Source: Candidatus Altimarinota bacterium (lineage in GTDB: Bacteria; Patescibacteriota; Gracilibacteria; UBA1369). From it: 32,000 bases of DNA. Shown here in pieces: positions 28,306 to 32,000 of this stretch; the first letter of the stretch is position 1; each line of letters opens with the position of its first letter. The notes beneath the pieces are model-generated. The model had not been told where the DNA came from. It did no database searches and worked only from the letters and a program-made list of their open reading frames with translations. The position numbers were made by a program, and so were the translations under genes. The stretch covers positions 74,283 through 106,282 of the forward strand of contig JBAZYK010000005.1 of NCBI GenBank assembly GCA_041659405.1, written 5' to 3'.

Positions 28306-28719
28306 ATGGCTGACCAAAATGCGCAAAATCAGGACAATATTCCTAAACTTCCTTTTCAGGATGCCGTAATTAGCGATGAAGTGCAGCAAAGATTGAATCA
28401 ACCGCTTGCAAATCCTGAAAGTATGGATCCTAAAGACGAACAGTTTTTGGCTATGATCATGGAAAAAGTCGATAAAGGTGAAATCAATCTTTATCGTCCT
28501 TCCACCATGATAAATTATGTAGTTTATGACAAGCTGGATGCCAATCTTCAGGCAAAAGTGGAAACTGATGCGTTTAATTTGTTGGCTACAATCCGCGAAA
28601 TTCGTGGACTTTGGAGTATGGGAGATCGCAATACTTACCAGGTTGAAAATCTTACCCACAAAATCCGCGTGACCAAGGAACGCCTGGAGACCGCCCAAGG
28701 TGATGTTTATATAATTTAA
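28306..28719 (+). CDS. Hypothetical protein, 137 aa
   Basis: MADQNAQNQDNIPKLPFQDAVISDEVQQRLNQ... first gene of an apparent pair with 28726-29997 (6-bp gap). Confidence 0.65.
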   Translation: MADQNAQNQDNIPKLPFQDAVISDEVQQRLNQPLANPESMDPKDEQFLAMIMEKVDKGEINLYRPSTMINYVVYDKLDANLQAKVETDAFNLLATIREIRGLWSMGDRNTYQVENLTHKIRVTKERLETAQGDVYII

Positions 28720-28725
28720 TTTTAT

Positions 28726-29997
28726 ATGGCTGAGGGACTTGCAGAAAGCATAGGCAAAATGCCGAATAAAGATGATCGTGCGGCAATTGAAGCGGTGTTG
28801 CCAAAGGAACAGATGGAAGCGATTCAACGTGGGAAAATCGATGCCGGTTTGGCAAAGTTACAAGGTTCGATTGATGCCAGAATTCAGGGAAAAACTGAAT
28901 TGCATGAGGTTTTGAAAGAAGTCGAAAAAGCTAAGAATTTGGCGGATTTGTCCAAAAAATTAAATGTACTAAAAGAAAGGGTTGATAAATCTTCTCTTTC
29001 TTCCAAAGATGCTTTTATTGCTAGGCTTAAAATCTTGGAAGATAATCTTAAAAAAGTGGATGATCCAAGTTTAATTGAACCAAATCTGAACCAAATTGAA
29101 GCGGAAATAAATCAGCAAGTGGTGGCTCCGGTAAGTCCAAGTCCGGCGCCTGTTGCACCTAATTCCGCGCCAATCGTAGCGCCGGCTCCGGCTGCTGCGC
29201 CTGTTGTTGCGCCTATAGCTGCTACTGCGCCGATCGTGGCTCCGGCTGCTGCGCCTGCGGCACCTACTCCTGCGCCGACCGTGGCTCCTAATGCGGTGCC
29301 AGCGCCAGTGGTCACAGCGGCTCCGGCCACAGCTCCAGCGCCTGCTCCAACTCCAGCACCTGCTCCCGCGCCAACCGCTGCACCAACACCCGCTCCCGCG
29401 CCTACAGCCACTGCTCCTGAAACAACCGCCCCGGTAGCTCCAACGGCACCAGAAACGGCTGCTGAACCCGAAGAAGAAGCTGGTTTCCTTGATAGTCTTG
29501 CTGATGATCCAAAAGTGAAGGAAAGCATTGATAAATTGGGGAAAATCGCAATAATTGGACCGCTTATTCTGTCTATATTCTTTACGAAAACAGCACTGGA
29601 TAAATTAGGGATTAAAGCACCGGAAATGAGCATGAAGGGCCTGGAAGAACTGATGAAAAATTTAAAATTGGACTCTGGTAAGGCTAAAGAATTCAAGGAA
29701 CAAATTCAAAAAAAGATTTTCCCTGATGATTTTGGCGTTAAAGAAGACCTCAAACATTCACCGCCGGTTACTCGTGATATTGTAGCCAAAAGATTGGCGC
29801 TACTTGGTAGCGAAAAAGTGGGCGAGCTCATGAAAAAAGACGAGGTTCCGGGATATGAAAAAGCTGATTGGAAAAATATTAAGGCTTTGCTTACAAAGAA
29901 TGGCGCGAAGGAATCAACAGAAGGCACTGTTTTTGAATTTGTGCTCACACGTTTGTCGGATAAAACAAACCCATGGAAAGCTCCGGAAGCTACTTAA
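28726..29997 (+). CDS. Hypothetical protein with Ala/Pro-rich linker and hydrophobic segment
   Basis: Helical N-term, ~130-aa A/P/T-rich linker, then IGKIAIIGPLILSIFFTKTAL-type hydrophobic stretch (KLGKIAIIGPLILSIFF) and a charged C-terminal domain. Confidence 0.7.
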   Translation: MAEGLAESIGKMPNKDDRAAIEAVLPKEQMEAIQRGKIDAGLAKLQGSIDARIQGKTELHEVLKEVEKAKNLADLSKKLNVLKERVDKSSLSSKDAFIARLKILEDNLKKVDDPSLIEPNLNQIEAEINQQVVAPVSPSPAPVAPNSAPIVAPAPAAAPVVAPIAATAPIVAPAAAPAAPTPAPTVAPNAVPAPVVTAAPATAPAPAPTPAPAPAPTAAPTPAPAPTATAPETTAPVAPTAPETAAEPEEEAGFLDSLADDPKVKESIDKLGKIAIIGPLILSIFFTKTALDKLGIKAPEMSMKGLEELMKNLKLDSGKAKEFKEQIQKKIFPDDFGVKEDLKHSPPVTRDIVAKRLALLGSEKVGELMKKDEVPGYEKADWKNIKALLTKNGAKESTEGTVFEFVLTRLSDKTNPWKAPEAT

Positions 29998-30010
29998 AAT
30001 CTGCAACCCA

Positions 30011-30040
30011 TTGCGATAAACCGCAAATTCCTGATATAAT
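30011..30040 (+). promoter_or_regulatory. Putative promoter, TTGCGA - 18 bp - TATAAT
   Basis: TTGCGA 30011-30016, spacer 30017-30034, consensus TATAAT 30035-30040, 20 nt before the ATG at 30061. Confidence 0.5.
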
Positions 30041-30060
30041 GTAATAAACTAAAAACAAAT

Positions 30061-30669
30061 ATGGCTGACGATCTTCAAATCAAACCACAGGCAAATTCCA
30101 ATCTGAGCGCGACAACGCAGGCAGCGGCGCCCCAGAGTCAGGCACAAAACCAGACAACTCCTCCACAGGTGATTGATTTGCGAAATATGGATCAAAAACC
30201 TGCCACGGCTGCAGCAACTACGGCTACATCTGCAAAACCAGCTGCGACTACTGCGGCGGCTCCTTCAACAAGCACTCAAGATAACTCCAGTTTTACAGCA
30301 GCAAGCGGAAAAACTTATGCCGTTCCGGAAATGGTTAAAACCAAATTCCCTGATCTGGTCCAGCTGATCAAAGAAACTGAGTCCATGAATGATGAGGAAC
30401 GTGAATACTGGTTTCAGATCATGCCGATTATGACCGAGGATCAAATCCTGAAATTCCGTGAAATTTTGGTAAATGAAAAAGATCAATTATCAAAATTGGA
30501 TAAAGAATATGAAAGTGAACTGACCAAGCTGAATGAAAAGCACATGATTGAATGGAAGGATTTTGAAACCAAGGAAAAGCGCAAGGCTTTGACCCAGGCG
30601 GAACAGAAATCCAAGGCCGATGAAAAATCAACGGAAGAAGATTTGCTCCAACGTTTGAGTCAGGTTTAA
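30061..30669 (+). CDS. Hypothetical protein with A/Q/T-rich N-terminus and charged helical C-terminus
   Basis: MADDLQIKPQANSNLSATTQAAAP... then FPDLVQLIKETESMNDEEREYWFQIMPIMTEDQILKFREILVNEKDQLSKLDKEYESELTKLNEKHMIEWKDFETKEKRK. Confidence 0.65.
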   Translation: MADDLQIKPQANSNLSATTQAAAPQSQAQNQTTPPQVIDLRNMDQKPATAAATTATSAKPAATTAAAPSTSTQDNSSFTAASGKTYAVPEMVKTKFPDLVQLIKETESMNDEEREYWFQIMPIMTEDQILKFREILVNEKDQLSKLDKEYESELTKLNEKHMIEWKDFETKEKRKALTQAEQKSKADEKSTEEDLLQRLSQV

Positions 30670-30700
30670 AATTTTTAGCTACGTAAAATTTTGGTCGCGT

Positions 30701-31780
30701 TTAATTAGTGACCGGCTTGGCGATTACGACCAGGCGTTTTAAGTTTGTGCCCACCGGCGTACATGTGATTAAAGTGAGTTTATCGCCGTTGCCCTGCGTT
30801 AAAACGTCTACTTTATCCGGTGTGACAACTTTAATGTCGTAAACTTCATAGACGAAGAGTTTTTGGTTGTGATAAACCAGAATTTTGTCGCCGATTACAA
30901 CCTGATGCAGAAGCGCAAAAACGTCCTTAAACCGGCCGGGATCCCAGGCAAAATATGAACTATGACCGGTAATTACAACGTTGCCTTTTTCGCCAGGCTC
31001 TGCTGTCCCCGGGTAATGCACAACACCATCACGCAGGGCCCCCTGAATATCTTTTTCCAAAGCGCTCCAATCACGTTTAACCAGATTTTGATCAGTAGTT
31101 TTTACAATCGGCACATTTTTATTGATGCGTGGAATAATAATGCGCTCATCCGGTGGCGCAATGTCCATCATTAAAGGTGGCACCTGTTTTTTGTCCTGAG
31201 CGGCAAGCGGCAAAGGTTGTTGGCTTTGGCTGGCGGCGCCGTGGTTATCTATGGCCTGTGGAAGGTATTGAACTTCTACCTGCCCGCGTAATTTGTTCAA
31301 TTTATCCAGAAGGATTGAACTGTATGCCTGAAAATTGATGACAAAAAAGAGAACTGCAAAAATCAGAGCGGACGTTGCGATCCATTCCAAAGTGTTCCAG
31401 ATTTTTATGGCCAGAGGTGAGGATTTTGAAGGCTTTGGGGAGCGATTAGCCGCTGGGTTTGGCGTTTTAGCCGCGGCTGCAGTGGCTTTTTGCGCCGACA
31501 TCCCTGTGCCAGAATTATGGCTTTCCCTATGAGCGGCGGCCGAAACTGGCAAAGAAACCGTTGATCTAGTCACTTTTACTTCATTTGGCGCTTGCGCAGC
31601 TTCAATATGGAGCTCATAGGATTTATGGGGCTCGGTGGCGGCTGCGGTAGCGGCATTTGCGACTGGGCTAGCGGCAGTATTTGTCAAATCTTCGGTATTA
31701 GCTGCGGTTTCGGCAGCATTAACCTCGCTTTGAATTTTGATGGTTTTGGTGCGAGTTTTTTTTGGTTTTTGTTCAGGCAT
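30701..31780 (-). CDS. Sortase-family protein with N-terminal A/T/P-rich tail and one TM segment
   Basis: TM IATSALIFAVLFFVINFQAYSSILL; IIIPRINKNVPIV, GNVVITGHSSYFAWDPGRFKDVFALL, LTLITCTPVGTNLKRLVV (His and Cys/Arg catalytic-site motifs). Confidence 0.88.
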   Translation of the reverse strand: MPEQKPKKTRTKTIKIQSEVNAAETAANTEDLTNTAASPVANAATAAATEPHKSYELHIEAAQAPNEVKVTRSTVSLPVSAAAHRESHNSGTGMSAQKATAAAAKTPNPAANRSPKPSKSSPLAIKIWNTLEWIATSALIFAVLFFVINFQAYSSILLDKLNKLRGQVEVQYLPQAIDNHGAASQSQQPLPLAAQDKKQVPPLMMDIAPPDERIIIPRINKNVPIVKTTDQNLVKRDWSALEKDIQGALRDGVVHYPGTAEPGEKGNVVITGHSSYFAWDPGRFKDVFALLHQVVIGDKILVYHNQKLFVYEVYDIKVVTPDKVDVLTQGNGDKLTLITCTPVGTNLKRLVVIAKPVTN

Positions 31781-31803
31781 TTAAAATGCTTTAAATTCCC
31801 TCC

Positions 31804-31832
31804 ATTATAACGTTTTTTTGGGTTTTATACAA
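31804..31832 (-). promoter_or_regulatory. Putative sortase promoter, TTGTAT - 17 bp - TATAAT (minus strand)
   Basis: Minus strand TTGTAT (31832-31827), 17-bp spacer, TATAAT (31809-31804), 23 nt before the ATG at 31780. Confidence 0.55.
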
Positions 31833-32000
31833 GGCTACAGCAAGCCATTTCCCTAAAAAAGCAAGACCTGATCCACCCCTTTCCAAGATTTCGAGAGTGC
31901 GAGACGGATTTGATATTGAGGGAAAGAGAAAAAACAGGTTTTAAGCCACAACAAAAAGAGGGATGATGAAAGATGACTAAATCATCACCATTCCCTCCAT

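Noticed and set aside
29160-29470. Short direct DNA repeats (GCTCCG/GCGCCG/CCTGCTCC types)
   Set aside because: Explained by the repetitive Ala-Pro codons of a protein linker; not CRISPR and no spacer structure.
29112-29696. 194-aa minus-strand ORF rich in Gly/Ala/Val
   Set aside because: Antisense shadow of the Ala/Pro-rich linker codons in the 28726-29997 gene; low complexity and no start context.

Overview
This 32-kb window looks like a small-genome bacterial chromosome, possibly a candidate-phylum lineage. Taxonomy is inference only; a standard genetic code fits, with TAA, TAG and TGA all used as stops. Recognisable housekeeping genes are a partial FtsA/PilM-like C-terminus, tRNA-Val(GAC), a ComF-family phosphoribosyltransferase, two GT4-type glycosyltransferases, a PolX-type DNA polymerase with a PHP domain, endonuclease IV, dnaX, ligA and a sortase. 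At 11132-20138 there is a type I restriction-modification operon (hsdM, hsdS, hsdR) with several accessory genes between its subunits. These encode a DUF3800-like protein, a coiled-coil/zinc-ribbon protein, a HEPN-like protein, a PIN-like protein, a membrane protein and possibly an unlisted 54-aa ORF. The most unusual sequence-level signal is a pair of long hairpins, at about 370-466 and 2366-2454, that bracket the 482-2365 gene. Each starts 5-6 nt after a stop codon. Their stems differ in sequence but are base-paired (33 bp perfect; 24 + 5 bp around a 2-nt mismatch). They share an identical 18-nt loop inside a 24-nt identical core (ACACAGGGCCCCTACCCCGGATGT), plus an identical 3' flank (GAACATAA). 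A second theme is a set of small Q/N- or A/P-rich MAD-starting proteins, at least two of which appear distantly paralogous. All family names come from reading motifs in the translations; no search was run.
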